64,000 nucleotides of DNA from Polyangiales bacterium (GTDB lineage Bacteria; Myxococcota_A; Polyangia; Polyangiales; Houyiibacteriaceae), in NCBI GenBank assembly GCA_965227405.1, contig OZ245758.1, forward strand, positions 1,577,693-1,641,692, written 5' to 3'. Below are positions 46,493-56,290 of this stretch, piece by piece. The notes under the pieces are model-generated. The model saw nothing but the letters and a program-made list of their open reading frames with translations. It had not been told where the DNA came from and did no database searches. A program made the translations under genes and the position numbers. Each line of letters opens with the position of its first letter. Position 1 is the first letter of the stretch.

Positions 46493-48829
46493 TCACCGGC
46501 ATCCGAGCTCCTCGTTGCCAGAAAACGGCGAACAGATGTTCGAGGGTCCGGACGTGTCGCAGAGGCAGTTGAAGAACGGAACCGAGTTTCCACACTGCGC
46601 TGCGGGATGGTTGATTTGTGGGTTGTCCCCCACGCACTCACCGAAGCCGACGCCACAGACGAACGGTGGGTTCTCGTACGCGCACGCTGTGAACGCTGGC
46701 TGCGGGGTGGCAACCGCATCGCAGTCGTAGTCGTAACTGTCCGGTACCGGCGCGATGACGATGCAGGACCGGAAACAGCGTGGTGTGCCACCGCACGGAT
46801 ACGTCGCGTTGTGGCCATCGCATCGCGGCTCGGTGAAGTAACGCGTCTGCCCCGGAAATACGTTTCGGTCTGCGTCGTTGCAATCGGTCTTGGGGAAGCC
46901 GCCAAGGCACGCCGCCGTCGAGCGCGCGTACCCGTCGTTGTCCACGTCTTCGGCAACATCGACGCCGCCTCCGCTGCTGCAATCGTTGTCAATTCGATCG
47001 CAAATCTCCGACTCGCCTGGGTTCACGTTGATGTCCCCGTCGTCGCAATCCACGTCCATCCCGACGGGCTCGCGGTCGGTGGTTCCCATCGGACACGCAC
47101 AGACTTGGGTGGCCGTTGCACCCGCCGGTGCATAGTCATCGCGATCCGAATCCGTGTAGCAGGTTGTCAACAACGTCTCGTCCGTGGCGCCATCGCAGTC
47201 TTCGTCCAGACCGTCGCACGCGGTCTCCGTTCCCGCGGGTGGAATCGAGCACGACCCCCACGTTCCCGCAGTGCACGTTTGGATGCCGCCCGCACACACG
47301 CCCAAGAAGCCACCCTCCGAGCACGCACGAGTTTCACCACCCGAGCAGTCGCAAATGCTTGGCGGGTTGCCCGCTCCATCGCAGTCCTCGTCGACCATGG
47401 ATGCGTCGCACACCTCCATGGCATCCGGGTTGATGTTGAACTGACTGTCGTCGCAGTCCGTCTCCGAATCCCCGACCGTACCCGGCTCACGGTTCGTGAA
47501 CGTGAACGGGCAACCACCCACCGCATCACGTCCTGAAACCGTGCAGCGCTTCATGCTTGCGCCACCAGGACCAAACGTATCGTTGTCCGCGTCGACCCAA
47601 CACGTAGCGCTCACACCTTCGTCGATGCTGCCATCGCAATCATCGTCCAGGTCGATCACGGCGCCGTCGATGCAAATCTCCGACGCGCCAGGGTTCACCG
47701 ACGAACGCGTCTCGTCACAATCATCCTCGGTGCCGCCGGGGACGCGGTTCGTGAATCCGATGGGGCACTGTCCGACTTCCGGTCGCCCACTCGCGGGACA
47801 CAGGTTCTCCGCGGCAGCAACGGGAGAGGGGTACGTATCGTTGTCGTCGTCTCGGTAGCAAACGATCGTGAGTCCTTCGTCGATGTCACCCATGCAGTCG
47901 TTGTCGATGCCGTCGCAAATCTCGACCTCGGGCAAGATGCTGCAGGTCGTGCTCCAGGTTCCCGAGTCGCATGTCTCGACGCCCGCCGCACACGCTCCAG
48001 GGAGACTGCATGGGCGCGTTTCTCCCTCGGTACACGCGCAATCCTCGTTGATGGTGCCGTCGCAGTTGTCGTCGACATCCGCGGTCATTTCGCAACGTTC
48101 GGTGACACCCGGGTTGACGCCGGGGACTGTGTCGTCGCAGTCGCCGGGCGTGTCTGAAAACCCATCGGGACGTGCACACGCCAACATCGTGTCGCCGTCC
48201 TCATCACCGAACATGTCTCCGTCCATGTCTTCGTAGTAGGTAACGAGGACACCCTCATCGACGTCGGAGTCGCAATCGTTGTCCAGGGTGTCGCAGACTT
48301 CGGGTGCCGTCGTGTTGACCGTGGAACGCGCGTCGTCGCAGTCGTCACCACAGTTGAGCGTGCCACCGTCCATATTGCAGCACGCGGCGTCGCCTTCGCC
48401 GTCCATGTCTCCGTCACGGAAACCAAACGTGCGGGGATCGCAGTCCTCGTCGCGGTTGTCAGGATCACAGACCTCGGTATTTCCGGGATAGCGATTGGGG
48501 TCGTCGTCGTCGCAATCCGTTCCACCGCACGCCGAATCGGCGGCACCGTCGGCATCCGCGTCGGGACATCCTTCGTCGCACACATCGGCGATTTCGTCGC
48601 AACCCATGGCTGGGCAGGGCGGGTCGCCCGCAACACATCCGTCTGTGCCCGCGGCGGCGTTGTCCGGATCGCACGACTCCTCACCGTTGCAGTAGAGACC
48701 ATCGGCGCACATGTCGTCGCTCATGCAGATGGAGGTCGCATCGTCGCCTCCGTCTCGCGTCATCGACGAGTCGTCATCCCCGCATCCCCACACCACCAAC
48801 GCGAAAACCCACGCGAAACGTCTCGCCAT
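46493..48829 (-). CDS. Large secreted Cys/Asp-rich repeat protein of the myxobacterial 'putative metal-binding motif' (MopE-like) type
   Basis: 778 aa. Signal peptide MARRFAWVFALVVWGCGD. More than 15 repeats of the CDG.DNDCDG.IDEG / CD.DD...NPG form. Confidence 0.75.
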   Translation of the reverse strand: MARRFAWVFALVVWGCGDDDSSMTRDGGDDATSICMSDDMCADGLYCNGEESCDPDNAAAGTDGCVAGDPPCPAMGCDEIADVCDEGCPDADADGAADSACGGTDCDDDDPNRYPGNTEVCDPDNRDEDCDPRTFGFRDGDMDGEGDAACCNMDGGTLNCGDDCDDARSTVNTTAPEVCDTLDNDCDSDVDEGVLVTYYEDMDGDMFGDEDGDTMLACARPDGFSDTPGDCDDTVPGVNPGVTERCEMTADVDDNCDGTINEDCACTEGETRPCSLPGACAAGVETCDSGTWSTTCSILPEVEICDGIDNDCMGDIDEGLTIVCYRDDDNDTYPSPVAAAENLCPASGRPEVGQCPIGFTNRVPGGTEDDCDETRSSVNPGASEICIDGAVIDLDDDCDGSIDEGVSATCWVDADNDTFGPGGASMKRCTVSGRDAVGGCPFTFTNREPGTVGDSETDCDDSQFNINPDAMEVCDASMVDEDCDGAGNPPSICDCSGGETRACSEGGFLGVCAGGIQTCTAGTWGSCSIPPAGTETACDGLDEDCDGATDETLLTTCYTDSDRDDYAPAGATATQVCACPMGTTDREPVGMDVDCDDGDINVNPGESEICDRIDNDCSSGGGVDVAEDVDNDGYARSTAACLGGFPKTDCNDADRNVFPGQTRYFTEPRCDGHNATYPCGGTPRCFRSCIVIAPVPDSYDYDCDAVATPQPAFTACAYENPPFVCGVGFGECVGDNPQINHPAAQCGNSVPFFNCLCDTSGPSNICSPFSGNEELGCR

Positions 48830-48861
48830 TGAGCCCCTCCCTCGAGTGGGAGACTACAGAG

Positions 48862-49530
48862 CTACTGCGCGGCGCGCGCCCCACAGTTGGGGCATTCGGT
48901 GTCGTGCGCCGGAAACGCGTGAGTGCAGTACCGGCAAATCTGGTGACCCGGGCGGGTTTCCTTCCGCACAGCCGTCAACGCGGGCGCTTGCGCGTCGCGT
49001 GCGGTCTGAGCCAGCGCGACTTGGCCGCCGGCAAAATCCGGATCCGTCCACGCTGCGATCTTGCGCAGCTCGGCCACGACCTTTCCGAGATCTTGGTCGT
49101 CGGCGACCGTGTCCATGCTGCGTGTGCTGGTGACCGCAAAGCCAAGCACGACCCCGCCCGGCAGTCCGGTTCGTGCAAGAGTGGGCCCACCCGGAGCTTC
49201 GCGCGCGGGACCGACGAAGACATGGGTTGCGGTTGGTGCTGCGCGAACGAGATCGAGCGCGGCTTCGCGTGCGTCTTGAGCTGTGCGAAGCACCCCGTGC
49301 CGTTGAGCGATATCGCGGACGTACGTTTCGTCGTCGTTGCCTTCAAAGCGAAGGAAGAACACGACTTGGCGCGAGCGTGCAGCGGGAACGGGTGGAGCGG
49401 CTCCAGGAGGCATGGGGTCACGGCTGGGGCTGAGCTGAGCTTTGCGACTGACGATGTAGAACGTCGCGCCCGCGAACACGATGATCACCACAACGCCCGC
49501 GCAGATCAGCAGCTCGCCAAACCCGATCAT
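48862..49530 (-). CDS. Membrane-anchored protein with a C-terminal CxxC...CxxC zinc-ribbon, hypothetical
   Basis: N-terminal TM LLICAGVVVIIVFAGATFYIV. Central soluble domain. Tail CRYCTHAFPAHDTECPNCGA. Confidence 0.5.
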   Translation of the reverse strand: MIGFGELLICAGVVVIIVFAGATFYIVSRKAQLSPSRDPMPPGAAPPVPAARSRQVVFFLRFEGNDDETYVRDIAQRHGVLRTAQDAREAALDLVRAAPTATHVFVGPAREAPGGPTLARTGLPGGVVLGFAVTSTRSMDTVADDQDLGKVVAELRKIAAWTDPDFAGGQVALAQTARDAQAPALTAVRKETRPGHQICRYCTHAFPAHDTECPNCGARAAQ

Positions 49531-49731
49531 GCGAGGAGTCTATACGCAAAACGTCCCGAAGCCGGGAGCGAGAGGGCAAGTCGAGTGGCATAGGCCAGCG
49601 CCGCAAATTGCGAGATGCGCCGCCGGGTTGGCGATATTTTAACCGGAAGTGCGGGAAGGCTGGAAGACGAGAAGATTTCTGGATCCTAAATGGGCCTCCC
49701 TCGCTTTCGTTGACACCGCCTTGGAGGTGTC

Positions 49732-50063
49732 ATGGGCTCAAGAAGATCGAGAAGGAATAGTCGTTACTCGGCTGAGTTTCGCGCTGAAGCGGTGAAACTC
49801 GTCCTGCGAAGCGACGACACGTTTGCTGTGCTGGCGGAACGCCTCGGCGTGAATCGAGGCACGCTCTACAGCTGGTACCGTGATGAGATGGCTCGGAAGA
49901 AACCGAAAAAGAAGCGGACGGCGACGAGTTAAGAGACGCCCGAGGAGGAGTTGCAACGGTTGCGGCGTGAGGTGAAGCGTCTGCAACGGAAACTCGACTC
50001 CGCGGAAGAGGACAAGGTCATCCTAAAAAAGCCGCGGCCTTCTTTGCGCGCGAAAGCGAATGA
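49732..50063 (+). pseudogene. IS3-family transposase OrfA (HTH + leucine zipper), interrupted
   Basis: HTH segment SAEFRAEAVKLVLRSDDTFAVLAERLGVNRGTLYSWYRD. In-frame TAA at 49930-49932 precedes the leucine-zipper segment LQRLRREVKRLQRKLDSAEEDKVILKK. The conserved C-terminus AAAFFARESE-TGA lies in the -1 frame relative to the HTH, after the A6G tract at 50025-50031. Confidence 0.65.
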
Positions 50064-50932
50064 GATTTGCTTTCATTCACGCAGAGAAGGCAAACCACTC
50101 AATCGCTCGTCTCTGTCGCGTCCTTCAGGTCACGCGTGCCGGGTACTACGCGTGGAGAGATCGAGGGCCGAGTCGGACTGAAACGCGTCGACGACGCGTC
50201 GAAGAACTTGTTCAACTCATCTTCCTCGCGAGCTACCAAACGTACGGTAGTCCGCGCGTGTTGGCGGAGTTGCGCGAGACGTATGGGATACGAGTCTCCA
50301 AACGCACCGTTGAAAACGCCATGAAAACACTGGGGATCCAAGCGCGGAAGCGAAAGCGTTTTCGAAACACCACAGAACGCGATGAGACGCGGCCTGTTGT
50401 AGCAAACATACTCGACCGCGACTTTGCGGCGTCACGACCGAACGAAAAATGGGTCAGCGACATCACGTACATTCAGACCGCAAAAGGCTGGTCGTACCTC
50501 GCAGTGATCCTGGATCTGTTCTCACGCAAAGTCGTTGGCTGGTCATTGCGTAGCGACCTCACAACCGAGCTGGTGCTCAGCGCTTTCAATGCGGCGCTGA
50601 TTTCTCGCGCGCCAGAGGAAGAGCTCGTTCACCACTCCGATCGAGGCAGGCAGTACACAAGCTATGCATTCGAACTTGCGGCCACTCAAGCGGGAGTACG
50701 TCTGAGCATGAGTCGCAAAGGCAACTGCTGGGACAACGCGGTCGCGGAGTCGTTCTTCAGCACGCTCAAACAAGAACTCATCTCGCGTCGCACTTGGCGA
50801 GACGAGCAGGATGTCCGGAGTGCGCTCTTCGAGTACATCGAAGTCTTTTACAACCGGGAACGACGTCACTCGACGCTTGGGTACGTCTCCCCAGAGCAGT
50901 TCGAACTAAACCACGCGGCGTTTGTCGCATAG
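50060..50932 (+). CDS. IS3-family transposase OrfB (rve/DDE integrase core)
   Basis: 290 aa. Core regions DITYI...GWSYLAVILDLFSRKVVGW, HHSDRGRQYTS, GNCWDNAVAESFFSTLKQE. Its ATG overlaps the TGA of the orfA C-terminal frame (ATGA). Confidence 0.85.
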   Translation: MRFAFIHAEKANHSIARLCRVLQVTRAGYYAWRDRGPSRTETRRRRVEELVQLIFLASYQTYGSPRVLAELRETYGIRVSKRTVENAMKTLGIQARKRKRFRNTTERDETRPVVANILDRDFAASRPNEKWVSDITYIQTAKGWSYLAVILDLFSRKVVGWSLRSDLTTELVLSAFNAALISRAPEEELVHHSDRGRQYTSYAFELAATQAGVRLSMSRKGNCWDNAVAESFFSTLKQELISRRTWRDEQDVRSALFEYIEVFYNRERRHSTLGYVSPEQFELNHAAFVA

Positions 50933-51049
50933 GTGTCAACGAAACTGAGGGAACCCCAAAACCTTCCCGTCTTCCAGCCTTCCCGTACTTCCGGTTAAAA
51001 AAATCGAACCACCAAGCTCTTTGCACGCTTCGAAAAATGAAAAGCCTGC

Positions 51050-52813
51050 TCAGCGAGTTGCACTCGGAGACATCAGCGCAGCAGCTTGCTTCGCGTCTTC
51101 CCGCGCACGCACCCGATCGCCCAACGCTCGATGCACATCCGCGCGCAGAGCCAAACAAGCCGCAAGCTCCGCTCGATGCGCGCTGCTTCGCGACAGCTTT
51201 CGGACCAACGCCCCTAGCGCACTCAGCGCGTCCTCGTGCTGCTCCAGGTCGTAGAGCAGCGCAGCGCGTTCCCGTGCCGCCCCGATCTGCGCTGCACGTA
51301 GTCGCGCATCGCCTTTGCGGAAACGCTCCAAGATGTCGTCATACACCTCAAGCCCCGCACCCAACCGGTGGTCCGCGACCAACGCGCGTGCCTTCAACAC
51401 CAACAAACGCTGATGGGCACGCGGCATGCTCTTGAGCTGCGATCCCAACGCATCAAGCGCCTCGTCGACCGCCTGCAACGCCTTTCGAAAGTGCCCCTGC
51501 CGGTACACCGCCGCACAACGCGCGATCTGCACGTTCGCCACGCGCCCTTTTCGAACCGGCGCCGATGGCCGCTCGGCGATCACCCGCAAGAACGCTTCAT
51601 GGATCCGCAGGTCCTCCGTCGCGTTGCGACCGCCACGTGAAACCGCGGGCCACAACGCGTCCAACAACGCCTTGAGCTGAGGCTTCTTCCACGACCGCAA
51701 CTTGGCCGCGTTCGCGCGACGCGCCGCCAACGCGTAGCGACCTCGTCGAACCGCATCGCGAACGCTCTCAATCGTCTTGTCTGCACCCCGAAGGTCTTCA
51801 CCTGCCAACTCGGCAGCATGGCGAATACGCCGGATGACATCTTCGAAGTAGTACACGTCTGGCTGCGAACCCGTGGGACGCGCAGGTGCACTCGCTTCTA
51901 AGCGTTCGGCGAGAAACCCCAGCGGATCCCGCGTGAGCGGTGGTGCATCGGCTTTGAACACGCGCAGCAGTTCGTCGAACACCCGATCCGCGGCGAGCGG
52001 TTCGTCGTCGTCCGGCACCACGAAACACACGTTCGAGTGTTTTCGCAGCCACTTGGGCAACGACTCGACTCCCGCTGCGCGATAGCAAAACCAGTAGAGC
52101 TGATGTTTGAGTGGCTTGCGCAGGCGCTTGCGCAGCGCCTTCATGATCACGTCGCCTTCCCAACCCGAATAGCCCAACACGAGTGGCGAACGCGCACGCA
52201 ACACGTCGTCGAGCAAGTCGCTCATGCCCGAACCGCCGTAGCCTTTGGCGCGCTGTTCGATCTCGTCGTCGGTGTTGATCAGGTCATAGAACCAGTACGA
52301 CCCGTGAACGTGCACGATGCGAACGTCGGGACCTTCCAAGTCGATCCGCGCAGTCGTTGCAGGGTGGTCACACACCACATGCGGCACACCAAAGAGATGC
52401 AGTGCACGACTGCAAAAGTCGTCGAAGTTCGGGGTAACCAACAGACGCGTTAGCCCACCATCGACGAGGAGATGCGCGAGCCGCAGGTTTGCGTCCGTGA
52501 GCGGCTGGCCTTCGATCTTGTCGCGAAAGAACGCGCGCCGTTGATCCGGATCCGGATAGGCCTGCTCCAACCAATACGAGTACCCTCCCGCGGGGTCGCT
52601 CGGTGCATCGCCGCTGGCCAACCCGAGGTCTTCAGCACGACGCCGACACTCTTGCTCGATCTGCCACGCCAGCGGAACGCTCGGTACCGAGATCCCCGCA
52701 CCGCAAAGCAGGAAGAAGGGGCTGGTCGATCGCGTCCCCGCACGACTCTCCCGAATGCGAGCGGCGGCGGTTTTGAGGTTGATGAGCTTGGCCATTGTAT
52801 TGGGATCACCCAT
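51050..52813 (-). CDS. SIR2-like (SIR2_2 family) domain protein with a C-terminal alpha-helical, TPR-like region; candidate defence-associated NADase
   Basis: N-terminal half carries SIR2_2 landmarks in order: FFLLCGAGISVPS (GAG nucleotide-binding start), LLVTPNFDDFCSRAL (TNYD-like), IVHVHGSYWFYD (HGS), LVLGYSGWEGDVIMKAL (GYS..D). The C-terminal about 280 aa is helical with A/R/L-rich repeats. The gene abuts the IS3 element. Confidence 0.6.
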   Translation of the reverse strand: MGDPNTMAKLINLKTAAARIRESRAGTRSTSPFFLLCGAGISVPSVPLAWQIEQECRRRAEDLGLASGDAPSDPAGGYSYWLEQAYPDPDQRRAFFRDKIEGQPLTDANLRLAHLLVDGGLTRLLVTPNFDDFCSRALHLFGVPHVVCDHPATTARIDLEGPDVRIVHVHGSYWFYDLINTDDEIEQRAKGYGGSGMSDLLDDVLRARSPLVLGYSGWEGDVIMKALRKRLRKPLKHQLYWFCYRAAGVESLPKWLRKHSNVCFVVPDDDEPLAADRVFDELLRVFKADAPPLTRDPLGFLAERLEASAPARPTGSQPDVYYFEDVIRRIRHAAELAGEDLRGADKTIESVRDAVRRGRYALAARRANAAKLRSWKKPQLKALLDALWPAVSRGGRNATEDLRIHEAFLRVIAERPSAPVRKGRVANVQIARCAAVYRQGHFRKALQAVDEALDALGSQLKSMPRAHQRLLVLKARALVADHRLGAGLEVYDDILERFRKGDARLRAAQIGAARERAALLYDLEQHEDALSALGALVRKLSRSSAHRAELAACLALRADVHRALGDRVRAREDAKQAAALMSPSATR

Positions 52814-52928
52814 GGATCCACGCGCCTGTGTCGATCGAGAAACCCCTGAAAATCAAGTCATTTAGAAGCAGGTTCGGGTCCGTACGGACCTCGTCCCCAC
52901 ACGGACTCCGTGCTAGACGAGGCGCATC

Positions 52929-54365
52929 ATGAGCGTTCGCGTCCGCTTCGCCCCAAGTCCGACTGGTTTTCTGCACATCGGCGGCGTGCGCACGGCCTTG
53001 TACACCTGGCTGTGGGCTCGCAAGCACGACGGCAAGTTGGTGCTCCGTATCGAGGACACCGACGTTGCACGCAACACGCAGGAAGCCGTCGATGCCGTGC
53101 TCGAATCGATGCGTTGGCTGGGTTTGGATTGGGATGAAGGCCCCGACGTGGGCGGTCCGCACGAGCCCTACTTTCAGGGCGAGCGCACCGACATCTACCG
53201 ACAAGAGGCCGAGAAGCTGATCGCCAGTGGACACGCGTTTCGTTGCTTCGCGACCAAGGAAGAGATCGCAGAGCTGCGCGCCGCGTACGAGAAGGAACAC
53301 GGCAAGAAGGGTTTTCGCTTTCGTTCGCCATGGCGCGACCGAACCGACGGTGATGCGAGCCAGCCACACAGCATTCGCTTCAAAGCACCGGCGGACGGGA
53401 AGACCGGATGGGACGACTTGGTCTATGGGCGCGTCGAGTACCCCAACGCGGAACAGCAAGACTTTGTGATCCTGCGCCCCAACGGCCTGCCGCTCTACAA
53501 CTTTGCCTGCTACGTCGACGACAAACTCATGGGCATCACCTTGGTGACCCGTGGCGAGGACCATCTCGTCAACACACCACAACAGCTGCTCTTGTTCGAT
53601 GCTGCGGGTGCCGATCGTCCGCAGTACGCGCACCTTCCGCTGATCAACGGCGCGGACGGCAAGAAACTCGGCAAGCGACACGCGTCGGTGGCCGCATTGG
53701 CCTATCGCGACAACGGATTCCTGCCCGACGGCTTGCTCAACTACCTGGCGCGTTTGGGCTGGTCGCACGGCGACGACGAGATCTTCACGCGTGCGGACCT
53801 CATCGAGAAGTTCGACTGGAAGTCCGTGGGCAAGAAAGCCAGTACGTGGGACGAGAAGAAACTTCAACACGTGCAGGGCACTCACCTGCGCATGGTCGAC
53901 GACACCAAGCTCGCCGAAATGGTCGCTCCGCTTCTACGAGAGCGCGGACTCGATGTACCCGCGGACAACGCGCGTTTGATCGCCGCGATCGCGCCGGTGA
54001 AGTTGCGTGCGACCACGCTGCACGACTTGGCCAACGACTTGGATTACTTCTTCCGCGCCGACGATGAGCTGCAGTACGAGGAGAAAGGTTCCAAGAAGTT
54101 CCTCAAGCCTGACTACGCGCCCAACTTGGAGAAGCTGGCGGACATCGTCGAACAGGCGGATCCGTTCAACGAAGCCACGCTCGAGGAAAAGATCCACGCG
54201 TGGATGGAAGCCGAGTCGCTCAAGATGAAGGTCGTCGCACAGCCTGCGCGTATGGCACTGAGCGGACGCACGCGTAGCCCCGGTTTGTACGAGACCATTG
54301 TGCTGATCGGTCAGGAGCGAGCGGTGAAGCGTCTGCGCAAGGGCGCCGCCATGGCGAAGGGATGA
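52929..54365 (+). CDS. gltX: Glutamate--tRNA ligase
   Basis: 478 aa. Class I HIGH motif (PSPTGFLHIGGVRTA). KLGKRH, a KMSKS-like motif. Collinear with bacterial GltX. Confidence 0.9.
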   Translation: MSVRVRFAPSPTGFLHIGGVRTALYTWLWARKHDGKLVLRIEDTDVARNTQEAVDAVLESMRWLGLDWDEGPDVGGPHEPYFQGERTDIYRQEAEKLIASGHAFRCFATKEEIAELRAAYEKEHGKKGFRFRSPWRDRTDGDASQPHSIRFKAPADGKTGWDDLVYGRVEYPNAEQQDFVILRPNGLPLYNFACYVDDKLMGITLVTRGEDHLVNTPQQLLLFDAAGADRPQYAHLPLINGADGKKLGKRHASVAALAYRDNGFLPDGLLNYLARLGWSHGDDEIFTRADLIEKFDWKSVGKKASTWDEKKLQHVQGTHLRMVDDTKLAEMVAPLLRERGLDVPADNARLIAAIAPVKLRATTLHDLANDLDYFFRADDELQYEEKGSKKFLKPDYAPNLEKLADIVEQADPFNEATLEEKIHAWMEAESLKMKVVAQPARMALSGRTRSPGLYETIVLIGQERAVKRLRKGAAMAKG

Positions 54366-55240
54366 GCACAACCTGGCGCGAGCGTTTTGCGGAGCTGCAT
54401 CCGCGACGCTTCTTTGTGGAGACCTGGCGTGCGATGGACGCCGAGGCTGCACAAGAGCGCCAGGCTCGAACCGACGCAGGACTTGGCTACGACTGGCGAC
54501 CGCTGATCGCGTTGTGCGCCGGCACCGCGTTTCTCACGTTCATGGAGTACTGGGGCATGCCTCAGGACTGGGACACGATCGTCGAGTACCTGGTCGACCT
54601 GGAGATGGCCGGAGACCTTGAAGGTCGCACGTGGCAGGACTTTCGCTACGGCCCGTGGTGGCGCTTGTCACGTCACGTGTACTGGGCCGTGTGGCGCGTG
54701 CTCGGGTTCCTCGTGTTCCCGATGATCACCATCAAGCTATGTCGGCTGAAGGTGCGCGACCAGAACCTGACGTGGAAGGGAACCGGCGAGCACTTTTGGA
54801 TCTACGGACTCGCGTTCGTGGTGGTGCTTGTGTGTGTCGTTGCCGTCAGCTTCACCGAAGGCTTTTCGAGCTACTACCCCTTCTACAAACAAAGCCATCG
54901 CAGTTGGTTCGACTTCTTGTTTTGGGAGTTCTTCTACATCCTGCAGTTCTTGTCGCTCGAGTTCTTCTTTCGCGGATGGTGGCTTCGCGCCGGCAAGACG
55001 ATGATGGGCAGCACGGCGATCTTCGCGATGATCCCGGCGTACGTGATGATCCACTTTGGCAAAGAGATGCCAGAGACGTTGGCCGCGATCTTTGCCGGCG
55101 TGTTCCTGGGAACTCTCGCGATGCGAACGCGGAGTATTTGGGGCGGCTTTATGGTCCATTGCTTTGTGGCGATCAGCATGGATGTCGCGGCACTCCTGCA
55201 AACCGACGGACTCCCAACCCATTGGTGGCCTGAGTTCTAG
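54362..55240 (+). CDS. CPBP-family (CAAX protease / Abi) intramembrane metalloprotease
   Basis: Polytopic protein. Motif 1 EFFFRGWW (EExxxR-like). Motif 2 FAMIPAYVMIHFG (FxxxH). Motif 3 MVHCFVAIS. Translationally coupled to gltX. Confidence 0.65.
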   Translation: MSTTWRERFAELHPRRFFVETWRAMDAEAAQERQARTDAGLGYDWRPLIALCAGTAFLTFMEYWGMPQDWDTIVEYLVDLEMAGDLEGRTWQDFRYGPWWRLSRHVYWAVWRVLGFLVFPMITIKLCRLKVRDQNLTWKGTGEHFWIYGLAFVVVLVCVVAVSFTEGFSSYYPFYKQSHRSWFDFLFWEFFYILQFLSLEFFFRGWWLRAGKTMMGSTAIFAMIPAYVMIHFGKEMPETLAAIFAGVFLGTLAMRTRSIWGGFMVHCFVAISMDVAALLQTDGLPTHWWPEF

Positions 55241-56237
55241 CGTTTCTTCTTGGCCGCGCGCTTCTTGGTCGGCTTCTTCTTTGCCGCGCGCTTCTTCATC
55301 GGCTTCTTTGCCGCGCGCTTCTTGGCCGGCTTCTTCGCAGCCTTTTTCCCGCCCATGCGGAATTCGATCAGGTGGTTGTACGGGCCTGCGAGCAGCAGCG
55401 CTCCGTCATGAACACACGCCGTCGTAAACGCCTGACAGGGTGCATGCAGCGTTTGCCGCTCAGCGACAAAGCTCTCGCCATCATCCTTTGACGCCATCAC
55501 CAGCTCATCGCCGCCTGCAATCACCGGTCCGTTTGGAACCTCACCAAACACCATGATCGGATCGTCAACTTGCGTTGTCGTGAAGCTCTTGCCGCCATCT
55601 GTAGATCGCAGAAGCACAGCGGTATCGAAGTCGTACGTATCTCCGTCGAGCTCTTCCGCTGCCGACGCGAGGATCGTCCCTGTTGAGGTCTCGAAGACTG
55701 CAAGAATCGGTTTCTTCGCCGCGTGCAGCTTCTTCAGTTTGCCTGCTTGTCCGAGCCAGACGTCGCCTTTGCGATCACCGACGAGCACGCCTTTCGATGA
55801 CTGCTGCATTGACTTCACGAGGTCCTTCGGCCCGCTGACGTTCTTGAACGCTTTCGTGCCGGACTTGCGATACACGACGCGACCACCACCGTGGTAGCCA
55901 CCCGCGGCCCACAAACCTTGGTCACCGTCGACAGCGATGACACGCATGGCTTCGTCGGTCGGGATCGTGACACTGCTCCAGGTTTCCCCACCGTCTGTCG
56001 AGCACGCGACGCCGTCGGATCCCGTTGCGAAGAGAACTCCATCGACCCAGGCCAGACCATCCCCGTAGCCATCAAGTGACCCCTGCAAAACTTCGCTCAG
56101 ACGACCGCCGAGGTCGTTGTAGAAGCGAAGCCAACTGTGCACGTAGAGATTCTCCCCGTCCGACGCGAGTGCTTTCGGTGAGAACAGTTTGGCAAGACTG
56201 GACTGTGCTTTTCGCAGCGTGGTTATGGTCGGAGCCA
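55237..56237 (-). CDS. Beta-propeller (BNR/Ycf48-like) protein with a C-terminal Lys-rich histone-H1-like tail
   Basis: Repeated WS...DGG..W blades. Tail GGKKAAKKPAKKRAAKKPMKKRAAKKKPTKKRAAKKKR. Start taken at MAPTITTL; the longer track ORF (to 56352) would overlap the divergent neighbouring gene. Confidence 0.55.
55244..55340. repeat. About 28-bp tandem repeat (3 units) encoding the KKRAAKK tail
   Basis: ttgccgcgcgcttcttNNNcggcttctt repeated three times on the + strand; in-frame (9-aa unit). Confidence 0.7.
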
Positions 56238-56290
56238 TGCCCAACGCTACTCGGCGATCTTTACACGTGTCTATGGTGTAGCGTTGCGCG

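Larger units (their letters stand above)
49638..51003 (+). mobile_element. IS3-family insertion sequence (about 1.37 kb) with 40-bp imperfect terminal inverted repeats; orfA disrupted
   Basis: Left inverted repeat TTAACCGGAAGTGCGGGAAGGCTGGAAGACGAGAAGATTT (49640-). Right inverted repeat (reverse complement of 50958-50998) TTAACCGGAAGTACGGGAAGGCTGGAAGACGGGAAGGTTTTGG. Internal orfA (HTH + leucine zipper) and an orfB with DDE/integrase core. A6G tract and ATGA overlap as in IS3-type elements. Confidence 0.85.

Noticed and set aside
49951-50181. Separate 76-aa TTG-start ORF inside the IS
   Set aside because: It is the same reading frame as orfA downstream of the in-frame TAA (the leucine-zipper segment). 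It is part of the disrupted orfA, not an independent gene.
52806-53885. 359-aa (-) ORF and the other ORFs overlapping gltX
   Set aside because: gltX on the plus strand has HIGH/KMSKS-type motifs. The minus ORF is a GC-driven shadow.
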